64,000 nucleotides of DNA, from contig NC_086386.1 in the NCBI RefSeq assembly GCF_036588685.1, positions 3,348,001 through 3,412,000 on the forward strand, given 5' to 3'. The notes under the pieces were generated by a model. The model worked only from the letters and a program-made list of their open reading frames with translations. It had not been told where the DNA came from and searched no databases. Shown piece by piece: positions 26,863-40,986 of this stretch. A program made the translations under genes and the position numbers. Source of the DNA: Mytilus trossulus. Its lineage: Eukaryota. The stretch's first letter is position 1. The number at the start of each line of letters is the position of its first letter.

Positions 26863-29019
26863 TATAATTACATTTTTTAGCTATAATCATGAAAACACGA
26901 ATTTAATAATAGTTTTATTTACTTCACCTAGCACTTTATTGTGAGACCACATGTTATCCTGAACGAAAGTTTTATTGAGTAATGCAATTGCTTAAGGAAT
27001 AACATGTGATGTGCAGTTAGCCAATTAGAGTAAAGTATTATAATGAAACATACATCTGTTAACGTAATTATTAAATGTTAAAAGACTCCTTGAATCAATG
27101 TTACCTTGACATCATTTTTAAAAAAAAGTCTTTGTTTGCAACTTTTACCATGTACATCATATTTACATGAAGATATGTATATAATATTTTTTTCATTTCA
27201 GGTCAAAAATTAAATAAAATGTCTACCATTAACTTAAAATATCATCCAGATATTGAATCTGCTTATGCTGCAATTAGAAAGTATGAACTGGAGACCACTT
27301 CTAAGTACATATTATACTACAGAGAAGCTGGTTTCAATCAGAAAGGTAACTGTTTTGTCCCCTGCCACACAATGGCAGGAAATATATTTAATATTTTTAA
27401 AGCTTTTTTTTTCATCCTGCTAAATACAACAATACTCGTATATAGACCTTAACTTATTTGTAAAGTTCACAGCAGTAAGAAACATTAAGTTAAGGCAGAG
27501 TTATCTTCTTTCCTTTCATAAAGTTCATACAACAGGCTTGTTCTTATTGGTTTTGTAAATCCATTTAACAACAGAAAAAAGATATTGTGTTAAATTCTTT
27601 GATAATTACAAGTAAATTATAATTTTGATATATATATATACTTAACAGATAAATCATATTATTAAAGGAGGGATATTTGCAAAAAATACCATTCGAGAGA
27701 ATGTTAATTTTCACGAGTCGTAAGGCGAGGGAAATTCATTCTCAAGACTAGTAGTTAACGTTAAAAAACACATTGATGATCGTGACATTACAAACGTCCA
27801 GTCAGATAGTGTATTTTTTGGCAAACAACACGGCATAGAGGGTAAAAAAGGCTTATCCTTTTTGCTTATACCTAGGCGGCGTTAAAAAATGAAAAATTTT
27901 CTTTTGATAACAGTAAATTGGTGAAAAATACACTGGCTATCAACCAATCAAAACCAAGGATTCTTACATAAGGTGTAATTAAGTCCAAAATTATATACCG
28001 GTAACGTGCGCTGGCAATATTGCATGTGCTTACAGGTTCAGTTTCTCTTGTAGACTTGGATAATTTGGACAAGAAAAAAATATGGTGGGATAACCATATC
28101 CCCTTTGATGGTATTCCGTATTGCCTTTTGGGGTCTGAAGTGTGGGACTGTCATCACGGGCCAGACAGACACGTGAATGATAAAAAGAAACTTGTTGCCA
28201 AAAAGGTATTTCAAAATTTTCTTTTTAGCAATAAAAATAAGAAATTTATTTATTAACTTGAAAGACATTGTACATTTTACAGATTAATGTGTTAAATACA
28301 AACTAAATATATATGTTCTTTTAATGTCTTCAATAGTTAATATATTTTAACAGTTTTGATTAGAATTAGTTTAATTTATAATACTCCTATCTCTTACATA
28401 GGTTTGGTAGATTCAAGGAAGTACATTGTGCAACCTTTGTACACTGGGTCCTATAAACAAGGTGATAGGTTGTGCTGCTGGAATAGGTCACCTTTTTCAG
28501 CTTGGAAATATTTGAATAGGGCGGTAAAACTATCAGAAATATTATTCAATAAAGTTCCCACAACTGCGTCAGTAATCTTTCTTGGTCAGTGTTTTATCAA
28601 CCAATTTTCTCACATTTGACACTTTGTTATTCCACTTTTACATAACATTACATAGAAACCCAAATAATATTGGAAAAGAGATATAGGAAGATGTGTTGTG
28701 AGTGCCAATGAGACAACTCTCCATCCAAATAACAATTTATAAAAAAGTAAACCATTATAGGTCAATGTACGACCTTCAACATGGAGCCTTGGCTCACACC
28801 GAACAACAAGCTAAAAAGGACCCAAAAATTACTAGTGTAAAACCATTCAAACGGAAAAACCAACGGTCTAATCTCCATAAAAAATGAGAAACAACAAGAA
28901 ACATGTATATATTACATAAACAAATGACAACAACTGTACATCAGATTCCTGACTTAGGACAGGTGCAAACATTTGCAGTGGGAATTAAAAGTTTTAATGG
29001 ATCCAAACCTTCTCCCTTT

Positions 29020-29886
29020 TTGTCGAGCCTTCGATTTTTGTCGAAAAAGAGAGACTAAGCGATCCTACATTCCGTCGGCGGCGGCGGCCACAAATATTCA
29101 CTCTGTGGTTAAAGTTTTTGAAATTTTAAAAACTTTCTTAAACTATACTGGATTACTTCCAAACATGGACAGAAGCTTGTTTATGATCTTAAGATAGTAT
29201 CCAGAAATTAATTTTGTAAAAATAAATTCCATTTTTTCCGTATTTTACTTATAAATGGACTTAGTTTTTCTGCGGGTAAAAATTACATTCACTCTGTGGT
29301 TAAAGTTTTTAAAATTTCCATTACTTTCTTAAACTATCCTGGGTTTGTACCAAACATGGACAGAAGCTTGTTTATGATCATAAGAAAATATACAGAAGTA
29401 AATTTTGTAAAAAAATTAATCCATTTTTTCAATATTTTACTATTACAATGTATTAAATGGACTTAGATTTTCTGCCAAGAAACAACACATTCACTCTGTG
29501 GTTAAATTTAAAAAAAAATAATAACTTTCTTATACTACTTTTAATTTGTACCAAAGTTAGATAGAAGCTTGTTTATGATCAAAGCTAGTATTTAGATGGA
29601 AATTTTGTTAATATTTTGTACATGTGTATGTGTATTTTACTTATAAATGGATTTAGTTTTTTTTTCCAGTTAACATTACATACAGGCTGCAGTTAAAGTT
29701 TTTAAACATTTATTAGATTCATAAACTATCCTGGATTTTTTTCCAAACTTGGTCAGAAGCTTCTTACAATCAAAAGATTATATCAAGAATGATATTTTTA
29801 ATTTTTTTTCCCTCATTTTTGTTGAGCCTGTGTTTTTCAGCAAAAGTAGGCGAGACACTGGGTTCCGCGGAACCCTTACAAATTTT
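29020..29886 (+). mobile_element. HINE-like element inserted in a T-run inside a SINE-like repeat (28680-29930); duplicated at 53182-54048
   Basis: Host repeat is contiguous at 19431-19470. Insert has a (GGC)n tract, about 190-bp internal tandem units (cactctgtggttaaa at ~29099, ~29290, ~29492) and a 3' hairpin GGGTTCCGCGGAACCC. Confidence 0.85.
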
Positions 29887-30724
29887 GCTGAAAAAATAGC
29901 ATAACATCACAACATAGAAAAACACATGACAAAATATCAATTGGCAGACTTAACTCAATCAAAAAACATAAATTAATACATAATAGGTATACGTTTTTGA
30001 AATTTAAATTTTATGAAAAGGGTGGGGTAACAGAAACCCAATGACACCCCCTTTCAATTAAGTATTGAAGTACGTGCATCTTAAAAAAATCAGTACCCTG
30101 AGATAACCTTTTAATACTAAGGAGTCAATGAATTAAATTTAGTATTTTATAAGTTGTTATATGTGAAACACCTATAATTAATTGTGATACATAAAATTGA
30201 GAATGGAAATGGGGAATGTGTCAAAGAGACAAAAACCTGACCATAGAGCAGACAACAGATGAAGGCCACCAATGGGTCTTCAATGTAGGGAAAAACTCCC
30301 GCACCTGGAGGTTTCCTTCAGCTGGCCCTTAACAAATATGTATACTAGTTAAGTGATAATATAGATGATACATGCATGGATGTTGTATGTGCATTTTTTC
30401 CATTTTTTTTACAGGATGAGATGGAAGAAGAACATCCATACACCAAAAATTCAAAGAAAAGGTTTTTAGTTCAGAGTACCAAGAAGATGGACTGCAAGTC
30501 ACAGATCACTCTTAAAGCTGTTGTTAAGTTTCCTGACTTTAAGGTAAACTATTCTTTTTCTTTCTTAAAGTAACTATATTCCTTAAATGGAAGATACCTA
30601 AAATGTTACCAGGAAATGGTTGTTTATGTTGCTTAAAATTGTTATAACACTCAATTCATGGTATCCTGATGAACATGGAAAATTATAGTACGAGCATGCA
30701 TTTTGTACTTAAGACACATATTCT

Positions 30725-30985
30725 TTTTATGCCCTTACCTACAATAGTAGAGAGGCATTATTTTTTCTGGTCTGTGTTTGTTCGTCCGTCTGTTAAAGGT
30801 TAAAGTTTTTGGTCGAGGTAGTTTTTGATGAAGCTTAAGTCCAATCAACTTGAAAACTTAGCACACATGTGCCTTATGGTATGATTATTCTAATTTAAAT
30901 ACCATTTGATTTTTTTCCCCATTTCACGGTCTATTGAACATGGAAAATGATAGTTCAAGTGGGGCATCCGTGCACATTCTTGTTC
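30725..30985 (+). mobile_element. Short HINE-like element, same family as 37452-37932; duplicated at 54887-55147
   Basis: Shares the 5' stem-loop atgccc..acctac.atagtag..gggcat, a tccg/tctg tract and the 3' end gtggggcatcc...cacattcttgtt. Confidence 0.75.
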
Positions 30986-33443
30986 TTCATCTTCTTTTCC
31001 AATACATAGAATTACAGGTGGGGATATAATTAGTACTACAAGTAGAGTTTACTTTGTAGTAACTTTGAAAAGTACCTGTATAGCAATAATGTCCATTGTC
31101 CTATTATGACAAAAATGTTTATAGTTATTATTCATTTATATGAATATAAAAAACTGATCCATTGTTACAGGTTGATGGCCTTGATAGCACTTACAGGAGA
31201 AAAAAATGTGCATCCAACCTTAGAGCAGCCAATTTCAATCATGTAAAGAAAGACGTGAAGATTGTGTTAATTCTTCCTGATACCAAATCTCATCAGAATC
31301 ATCTAATTGGTGAAGTAATGCATATATTTATCATCTTAATACAGTGCATACAAATAATGTAAAAATGTTTATAAAGTCATTGTTAATTTAGAAATTAGTG
31401 TGTTCATTTATTAATATGAAACTTAAAAAAATGTGAAATATAATTAAAGCAATTACCAAAAAAAATATTACAGCTGAAATGATCACTGCAGATTTTAATA
31501 ACTACGAATTTTGCAATAATTTACAATTAATTTGTGTGAGTTCTTTAATTTCTTTCCTACGATCTGATTTCTTCGGTCATTCTTTTTTTGTCATACGTAG
31601 GTTCAGATGTGCAGTTTCATATTTTATTAAACATGTTAAATATTTCATTCTTATAAATGTGAAGAAAAAGATATAGTTCCTCACATTTTTTTATTTAATT
31701 ATCCAATTGTCAATGAATAAATAAAGAGAGTAACTTATCAAAGAATTCAAATATTGAAAACGTATTCAATAAGTGACCAAAGAACACAATGATTCTTGTA
31801 TACACCAGGGACAGTCTACAATGTATACTAGTGGGACTAGTCACTTATAACCATGTCTATACAAATTTGCAGACAGAACTGTGCTGTTGCTGATGTCACT
31901 TGACTTCATAGCAATTTTTTTATATTTACGAATTTTTCTTCATAACTGTACGTTCAAGTTAAACGAAAAAACATTTTTATCAAAATTTATACATTTTGTC
32001 ATTGCAAAATGCTGTTTTTGAAAACATTCCTCAGATAGTTTTATAAAATATAAGATCTTTTGAACTTTGAGGTATTTTGTTAGTGAATTACAAGTAGTGG
32101 CCATCTTGTTCGATATGTAAACCCTTCTACACGACTGGAGTGTTCTTCAAAACGATACGTCTCAATCTTATATTTTTTGTCATGGTAAATTGATATTAAT
32201 CAGATTTTATATTAACAAATATGTACTGTGAAATAAGCAAATAGCTAGTAGGTTCCTATATCAGAGATACGAAACCAAGTGTTTTGTTCAGTGGTATCGA
32301 AAGAAATGAGTCCCGTTAGTATAGAAAGTCCCTGAATACACATAAAATCAATAGGTTGTAATGTTGCTCATTGAATGTTTTCAATATATGTGAATTCTTC
32401 CATTACTTATTGATCAAAGTGGTCAAGTGACCCCTTAAGGAACTAATGTTCTTTAAATTAATTTTTTAACAATGTTTATAAATTTTTAACAATTTTTACA
32501 AAATATTTCCCACTGTCACTTCTGGGCCAATTTCATTATAGATAGAGATAATTGTAAGCAGCAAGATTGTAAAGTAAGATCCACAAACACATCACCAACA
32601 CCAAAACATAATTCTGTCATGAATTTATCTGTGTCCTTTGTTAAATATGCACAAAGACTGAGATGATCCACACAGGCTCTTTAGAGCCTCTAGTTCTTAT
32701 CATTTTTTTTTCTTCATTTTTTCCCCTATAAACATGATAAATCATTCCAATATTTTCTATAATATATCATCTGAATATTGTCGATGATATGGTTCAAGAA
32801 TGAAGTCTTTTGCAAAAGGGGGATACCATTTATAAAAAACACAAAACATTTTTTTGGATTGTTTAATGGTATGATGTTGTCATCATCTGCGTTGTTGTTG
32901 TCAGACAACCAGATCCTAATAGAGTTTAAAAAGTAAGAAATTTGTATTTATGATTTTTTTTCAGGTTTTCAAAGAATGATCAACAGAATTTACAATGTCT
33001 GGTGAGGAAATGGGAGGCTGAATATACATTGGATACTTTTTTTTTAAGACTGGGGTGAGAATTATTAGTTACCTTATGAATATAAGAAATAGGAAAGATT
33101 ATCAATGCGTTTTTGATGCTTTCTGTCTTTTTACTTTGTTTATAGGAGATTGAAGTTTATGATATTGTAAGTTTTGTTGGGAAGATATCCAAAAATATTT
33201 GAGGACACATCCTTTATGTTTGATAGATTTCCTTTATGCTATTAGAATTCCAGTATACAGTAACATATCTTGGTTACCTTAATCCATTTCTCAAATTAAT
33301 AGATATAGGAGGGTCTCTAAAGTTCTTCCTTTGACAATAAGTATGCTCTTTGTGAAAAAAAATTAGTGTTAGCTTGATGTAAATGAGAGACTGCAATGCC
33401 AAGTGGTGTTTCTTATTCTTTCTTTTTCTCTTACAATATGCAG

Positions 33444-33799
33444 ATCAGATGGTAAACAAAAAGAAAAAAGTAATGATGATGTTGAGGAAGTTCCCCAGTT
33501 TCTTTTTGTTCATCAATCGGAAACACAGAAGAGGCTTCTAAATATTTATGGCCAGGAGATTTGCTTGTTGGATGCAACATATAAAACATCGAGATATGAC
33601 CTTCCTCTGTTCTTGGTTTGCGTCAATACAAATGTTGGATATAGTGTTGTAGCGTCTTTTATAGTTGCTAATGAGAATCGCTACACCATTCAAGAGGCAC
33701 TCATTAAATTGAGAGATTGGAATCCCATGTGGAAGCCCAAATATTTCATGTGTGATTTTGATTTGAGAGAAATTTGGGCGCTTGAACAAACATTTGAAG
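33444..33799 (+). CDS. MULE transposase catalytic exon (first two Asp residues)
   Basis: ICLLDATYKTSRYDLPLF...PKYFMCDFDLREIWALEQTF. Later exons supply CDFH (CxxH) and TTNGLERQH (catalytic Glu). Confidence 0.9.
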
Positions 33800-35652
33800 G
33801 TAAACTCAGGAAAAATTCATGAAACATTGTAACTGAATTATCAATTTCATGTTTTACAAATTACCTTCGATATCACTACTAACATATATTTACTTTAATA
33901 AAAAAAAAGATTTTTTTTGCAAAATCAGCATAACTATTCAGAATAAGTGGATTTTATGCAAATTGAAAATATTATACAAACTATTGATCATTTCCTGAAT
34001 TTATGATTAACTTTAATTTTTGAATATCAATGCATTGCTTAAATTTTTAATTTTGTTTCTAGATTATATCCTCTACTTGTTGGTACGTATGATTTGGTAA
34101 GTGGGTGGTTGTGCTTTTTAATTGTTGTACTGGCATTTATATCACTATATATTCACATACGTACATACATACATCCTGAACATACATTGTACAAGCTTTT
34201 TTTAATCACACAAGCTTTTGTTTATATCACCTGCTTATTATTTTTCTTTAGATTTATGCTCTTTTCTTTATATCATGAAGAGCACATTTTCATGTCAATA
34301 CTTCATAATATGGCTGAAAGTTATTATAATGTTGTATACATATACATTGAAGGTAAACTTATAGTTTGGATAAAGAATTAGGATAGTGTTATTTTCCCTG
34401 ATTAATTTATTATTAGTTTTACCATTGTTTCAGTTCTTAAAATTTTTTAAATATTATAATCAAAAATTCAATTTCCCTTATTGTTTTCCTTAAGAGTATA
34501 AATTTCATACATTTTAATACTTATGATTTTCAGTTCCAGTTATCATAAAATGGACACATTATGGAAATCTTTCAGCTTTAATATTGTCATCTTTATACTT
34601 TTCTGATTGGTGGCTTAGTGTTTCAATATATATGTTATATATATATATATAAAGTCAGGGGCAGATCCAGCCAATTTCAAAAAAGGAGTAAAGAGGGATT
34701 TCAACTTTATACTCCCATTCAAATGCATTTATTATCCTAAAAAAAGGGGTGTCCTACACCAGGACCCTTTGGATCTGCCACTGATATAGTGTACAGTGTT
34801 ACATTCAGTGTTCTTATTTTAATTGATATTTTAGAGAAATAATTTAGTATAATTACTACTTTATTTCTAATAATTTGATGAACTAACTATCAGAAAGAGA
34901 AAACCTGCATTGTTTTTGAAAGTTTATAAATCACATTGTAAAAGTAAAAACTTTTTATATTCTGGCATATATGGTTTTTAAAAACACTTATATGAAAATA
35001 AAATACAAAATAGATAATTTTACTGCAATTATATGGTTGGTCTACCTTGTTGCATCTTACTTTAAATTCCTTATTACAATTATTAGCTGATATTTCAAAA
35101 GAATTTTATTCCTTTTAAATAAATTTTTTTTTTACACGACATAAAACCATATAGTTAACTCCTTACATTGATTTTATAAAAGTGAATTTATTGTTTATGT
35201 CAGTTGCAAATTACAGTATGAATGCATGTTACTTAGTTATCAAGTGTTTAGATGTGTTGATTTATGTAAAAGATTCTTTTGAAGTGTGCCATTGAGCACC
35301 TAAATACATAGCCTAATAATATTTTAACTTTGTAATTGAATAGAACAATTTGTATGTTTTAGGTTTAATGGTGTATCTTTGTGACTTCCATAGGGAACAA
35401 GCCTGGCACAGATGGCTAAGAGAAATTAAGCATGATTGCATTGATGAGAAAGATGAAATTAAAAAAATGTAATGCTTATTTATAAAGTTAAAAAGATATA
35501 TTTATTGTCACATGTACTTCTGAACTCATAAAAAAATACTAAATTATATAATGTAGTTGATGCTACATGATGGTTAAAATTCAATGTTACTTATTGCATT
35601 TTACCAGCAACATACAAACGTTAAGATGTTTAATTATATTTCCAACAATCAA

Positions 35653-35918
35653 TACAGCTCTTCTATAAAAGCATGCAAAACAAAACTTTGGTCGGCTTGC
35701 TTACTATGTTTGCTTGGATGGTTGCAAACAATAGGTAGGTGGAGTTTCAATATATACTGGGATTTGATTGGACATAAATTGAAGTTAATGTTTATTGTCC
35801 AATCAAATGCCAGTATATAGTAAACAAACTACCTACCTGTTGTTTACAAACATCCAAACTATCACAGCAAGCAAGTTGATCAATGGTTTGCTTTGCATGC
35901 TTTTATAGATGAACTGTA
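35653..35918. mobile_element. Foldback MITE (TA-CAG...CTG-TA, Tc1/mariner-type ends); duplicated at 60635-60900
   Basis: The whole element is an imperfect palindrome: tacagctcttctataaaagcatgcaaa ... tttgcatgcttttatagatgaactgta. Confidence 0.8.
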
Positions 35919-37451
35919 AGTATTTAGTTTGCATACAGCACATGACTATGAGTAACAGTTTTCAATCCATGACAATTCTTTTAGAGTGCATAAATGGAAA
36001 ATGACCATGTTTAAACGAAAGTAGGCTCCCTGAAAATATAGCCCTCAATTAGGAAACATTTATTGATTTTGTCATACAGTCAGTTGTGAATAAATTCTGG
36101 AATGCACCAGTAAGACAAAAATTTCAAAGTTATCAAAATGTGACATATCCGTTTGTTAGTTACATGAATTAGTTACATATTTTTTCAAATGATTTGATTG
36201 AATAATTTTACTTTCAGGTTAAGAGAAATAGCTGATGCTGATTCTGCAGAGTCATATGCAAATGCTTTGCAACAATTAAGAAGCAGTGATATTTTCAAGG
36301 CAAAGGTCTCCTTGAGAAATTGGCTCGAAAACAAATGGCTCCTGAACTGCAAGGTTTGTTAATTTAAAATTTAAATTTTGACACCAATTACCACCAGCTT
36401 AATTTTTTTGAATAGTACAGGTATATAAAAGGGATAGTAGCTACAATTTTGACAAAATTATAACCAAGTTTTATAGCTGTTATAATCAAAGATATGTACT
36501 TAAAATATAAAATAAGATTGTTGTAATGTTAACATGAACTACAGATGTGGTAATACTTCATTATAAATATTGTGTTGTGTGTCTAGTCTTCTCATTGATT
36601 ATGCATCTGTGGTGGAGAGTTGTCTCATTGTCAATCATACCACATCTTCTTATTTTTATATTATCAACAGTTGAACAGTTCAAATAACTTGCAACATTAT
36701 CACACATTTTATACAATTGAAAAGTTGTTTATTACACAATGTTATTAGGTGTCTGTTTATTATAAATTTTTCAGAGATGGTCAAAACTTTTCAGAAATTC
36801 ACTCTTTAACATCAGAGTGAATACAACCAATGGCCTTGAAAGACAACACAAAGAACTCAAGGAAAACTACTTGACAGAGTATATAGATAAATCTCTGTCA
36901 AGTATGGTGACATCATTGGTAACCAAATACTTACCAGATAGTTATGAGAGGTATTTTTTACTCTGATAAGAAATTAATTTATTGTTTGAGACCATTTGCA
37001 GCCACTTTAAATCCCCAAAATGATTACTCTCATTATTTATTAGTAGTTAGGGAATACGTACTTAATGCAATTATTGACTGCATATATTTGTTTAAAACAA
37101 TGTTAATTTTTGGTCAGTTTTATTTTGTTGGTATATTGTATTATGAATATCTCTTTTGTAATCTAATAATGTTTTAAAAAGGTTGATTGAAGCACATTTT
37201 AAGAATGAAGTGTTCTATCCTTCTGACATTATGTGTGTGTTTCTGTCAATGCTTTTACACCAATAAAATTACAAAAGAAAGCTTTCAATTCTTAGTTAAA
37301 TCAAAGTTAGAGAAGCTGATTACACCAATACCATGAATACAGTAAATATTAATGCACATGAACAGTTCCTGTTATTCAAATTGTTGATTTTTATTCAGAG
37401 ACCATGTTTGCCCATTCCTTAAGTTGTTTTGATTGTATCTCAAAGTAATAC

Positions 37452-37932
37452 TTTTAATGCCCCACCTACGATAGTAGATGGGGCATTATGTTTTCTGGTC
37501 TGTGCGTCCGTTCGTATGTTCGTTTGTCTGTCCATCCGTTCGTTCGTCCGTCTGTCCCGCTTCAGGTTAAAGTTTTTGGTCAAGGTAGTTTTAGATGAAG
37601 TTAAAGTCCAATCAACTTGAAACTTAGTAAACATGTTCCCCATGATATGATCTTTCTAATTTGAAGGCCAAATTAAACTTTTGACCCCAATTTCACGGTC
37701 CACCTAACATAGAAAATGAAAGTGCATGTTTCAGGTTATAGTTTTTGGTCAAGTTAGTTTTTGATGAAGTTGAAATCCAATCAACTTGAAACTTAGTACA
37801 CATGTTCCCTATGATATTATCTTTCTAATTTGAATGCCTAATTATATTTTTTATCCAATTTCACAGTCCATTGAACATGGAAAATGATAGTGCGAGTGGG
37901 GCATCCATGTACTTTGGACACATTCTTGTTTT
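37452..37932 (+). mobile_element. HINE-like element with two internal tandem units
   Basis: 5' stem-loop, (tccg/ttcg)n microsatellite, two about 170-bp units, subterminal inverted repeat atgccccac/gtggggcat, T-run flanks. Confidence 0.8.
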
Positions 37933-38132
37933 ACTGTATTTCAAATTAATACTTTTTACACAATTTTAATTAAATCAAATAGATTGGATGAAACTCACAA
38001 GTCAAAAGTTCAAATATTTTTTAATTTTGTTAATTCACTTTTTTCGTTTTATTTGAAAACTAATGTTATAAAATGTCATTCTATCTTATTTACCAAATCC
38101 CATTCATCATTAAGGATGGTTCTATTTTCCAG

Positions 38133-38848
38133 GTATAAAGAATACAACATTCAGTCCTTGGATAACTATAGAAAGTATTCTAATGATGTTCCAGAGTTTT
38201 TAAGAAGCCGTCCAAGAAAATTTGTTGACCATTGTTTAGCCAGAATTCCACCTGCGGCTACACTGATCCCCATTGAAAATATGGAAGAAGTTAACCATGA
38301 TCTGCTGGTTAGAAGTGTTGAGTCTGACAATTTATACCAAGTTAGACTCAATGATGATTTACCAAAATGTTCATGTCCAGATTGGAGAAAACATCACTGG
38401 CCATGTAAGCATATGCTGGCAGTCATGATGAACATGCCAAACAAAGATTGGAATACACTGCCAGAGTACTACAAAGCAACCCCTCATTTCAACATTGATT
38501 TTGGACTTCTGGAAACAAATAGAACAGAAACACTGATTGTTAACAATGCAAGCAGCTCAATGAAAGATGAATGCCAACAAGATTCAACTGCTTGCAGAGA
38601 TAACACAGTAGAAAATTCCTCTTCCAAAGCTCGAAACTTATGTTTAGACAACATTAAACAAATTACATCTAATTTATTTTGTATTAATAACAGCCAATAC
38701 CTAGAGGAGTTAAATAATAGACTGGCAGTGTTGGTAAAGGAAACGGAAATGGAAGCACCTCATCAAAATGGTCTACGATTAAATTTGCCTGCTACCAAAA
38801 AGAAGACCATAAGTAGAAAGCAGAAAAACAACCTTCAGCAAAAAAAAA
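38133..38848 (+). CDS. SWIM zinc-finger exon
   Basis: YQVRLNDDLPKCSCPDWRKHHWPCKHMLAV fits CxCx(n)CxH. Acceptor ttttccag| and donor |gtaagt. Confidence 0.9.
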
Positions 38849-39000
38849 GTAAGTTCCCCGTACAATTTTTTTGGGATAAAATTATGATTAAATTGTTGAT
38901 TTTAATGATCACCTATCTAAAATGTCAAGAACAGTTTGTATTAAAAAGATCTGCTAGGAAAAAAGCAATTAAAAAGCAGTAAGGAACAGGTGTAATAAGT

Positions 39001-39055
39001 TTTTATACGACCGCAAATTTTGAAAAAATTTTCGTCGTATATTGCTATCACGTTG

Positions 39056-39111
<56 letters not shown>

Positions 39112-40986
39112 CGAATACTTTTAGTTTTCGCACTCTAACTTTAGTAAAAGTGAATAGAAATCTCTGAAATTTTAACACAAGGTTTATGACCATAAAAGGA
39201 AGGCTGGTATTGATTTTGGGAGTTTTGGTCCCAACATTTTAGGAATTAGGGGCCAAAAAGGGCCCAAATAAGCATTTTCTTGGTTTTCGCACTATAACTT
39301 TAGTTTAAGTTAATAGAAATCTATGAAATTTTGACACAAGGTTTATGACCACAAAAGAAAGGTTGGGATTGATTTTGGGAGTTTTGGTTTCAACAGTTTA
39401 GGAATTAGGGGCCAAAAAAGGGCCCAAATAAGCATTATTCTTGGTTTTCGCACAATAACTTTAGTTAAAGTGAATAGAAATCAATGAAATTTAAACACAA
39501 TGTTTATGACCACAAAAGGAAGGTTGGTATTGATTTTGGGAGTTTCGGTCCCAACAGTTTAGGAATTAGGGGCCAAAAAGGGACCCAAATAAGCATTTTT
39601 CGTGGTTTTCGCACCATAGCGTTAGTATAAGTAAATAGAAATCTATGAAATTTAAACATAAGGTTTATGACTATAAAAGGAAGGTTGGTATTGATTTTGG
39701 GAGTTTTGGTCCCAACAGTTAAGGAAAAAGGGGCCCAAAGGGTCCAAAATTAAACTTTGTTTGATTTCATCAAAATTGAATAATTGGGGTTCTTTAATAT
39801 GCCGAATCTAACTGTGTTTGTAGATTCTTAATTTTTGGTACCGTTTTCAAATTGGTCTACATTAAGGTCCAAAGGGTCCAAAATTAAACTTAGTTTGATT
39901 TTAACAAAAATTGAAACCTTGGGGTTCTTTGATATGCTGAATCTAAAAATGTACTTAGATTTTTGATTATTGGCCCAGTTTTCAAGTTGGCCCAAATCGA
40001 GGTCCAAAATTAAACATTGTTTGATTTCATCAAAAATTGAATAATTGGGGTTCTTTGATATGCCAAATCTAACTGTGTATGTAGATTCTTAATTTTTGGC
40101 CCAGTTTTAAAATTGGTCTAAATTAAAGTGCAAAGGGTCCAAAATTAAACTAAGTTTGATTTTAACAAAAATTAAATTCTTGGGCCTCTTTGATATGCTG
40201 AATCTAAACATGTACTTAGATTTTTGATTATGGGCCCAGTTTTCAAGTTGGTCCAAATCAGGATCTAAAATTATTATATTAAGTATTGTGCAATAGCAAG
40301 TCTTTTCAATTGCACAGTATTGTGCAATGGCAAGAAATATCTAATTTCACAATATTGTGAAATAGCAAATTTTTTTTTAATTAAGAGTTATCTTTCTTTG
40401 TCCAGTATAGTAAGCAAGAAATATCTGCAAGAATTTTTTTTAATTGGAGTTATCTTTCTTTGTCCGGAATCAACTTAAATCTTTGTTATATACAATATAC
40501 AATGTATATTCACTATTTACTACCAACTGGTAAATTTAAATAATCTTTACCATTCAGTGATAACAAGCAGTTTTTTTACATCTTAATATTTTATGATGTA
40601 TTTAAATGAGTAGTAGTTGTTGCAAACTCCATTAGAATATTTTAATTGATATTAGTTTTGGAATAAGGGAAAGGGGGATGTGAATAAATAATTGGGTTCA
40701 ATTTTTCTCATTTGAAATTTCATAAATAAAAAGAAAATTTCTTCAAACATTTTTTTGAGAGGATTAATATTCAACAGCATAGTGAATTGCTCTAAGAGAA
40801 AACAAAAATTTTAAGTTCATTTGAATACATTCATTCTGTGTCAGAAACCTATGCTGTGTCAACTATTTAATCACAATCCAAATTTAGAGTGGAATCCAGC
40901 TTGAATGTTGTGTCCATACTTGCCCCAACCGTTCAGGGTTCAACCTCTGCGGTCGTATAAAGCTACGCCCTGCGGAGCATCTGGTT
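39001..40986 (+). mobile_element. 2-kb HINE-like element carrying a (GTC)n microsatellite and two satellite-like internal arrays
   Basis: Subterminal inverted repeat ttatacgaccgca (39003) / tgcggtcgtataa (40948). (GTC) repeated about 18 times at 39058-39111; about 160-bp units 39125-39740; about 120/240-bp units 39740-40260; T-run flanks. Confidence 0.88.

Larger units (their letters stand above)
25855..37234 (+). repeat. Segmental duplication, copy 1 (11.4 kb)
   Basis: Appears base-identical to 50017-62216 wherever compared (offset 24162, then 24982 after an 820-bp indel). The ORF track repeats identically. Confidence 0.97.

Noticed and set aside
38969-39193. Poly-arginine ORF
   Set aside because: Translation of the (GTC)n microsatellite in a repeat element.
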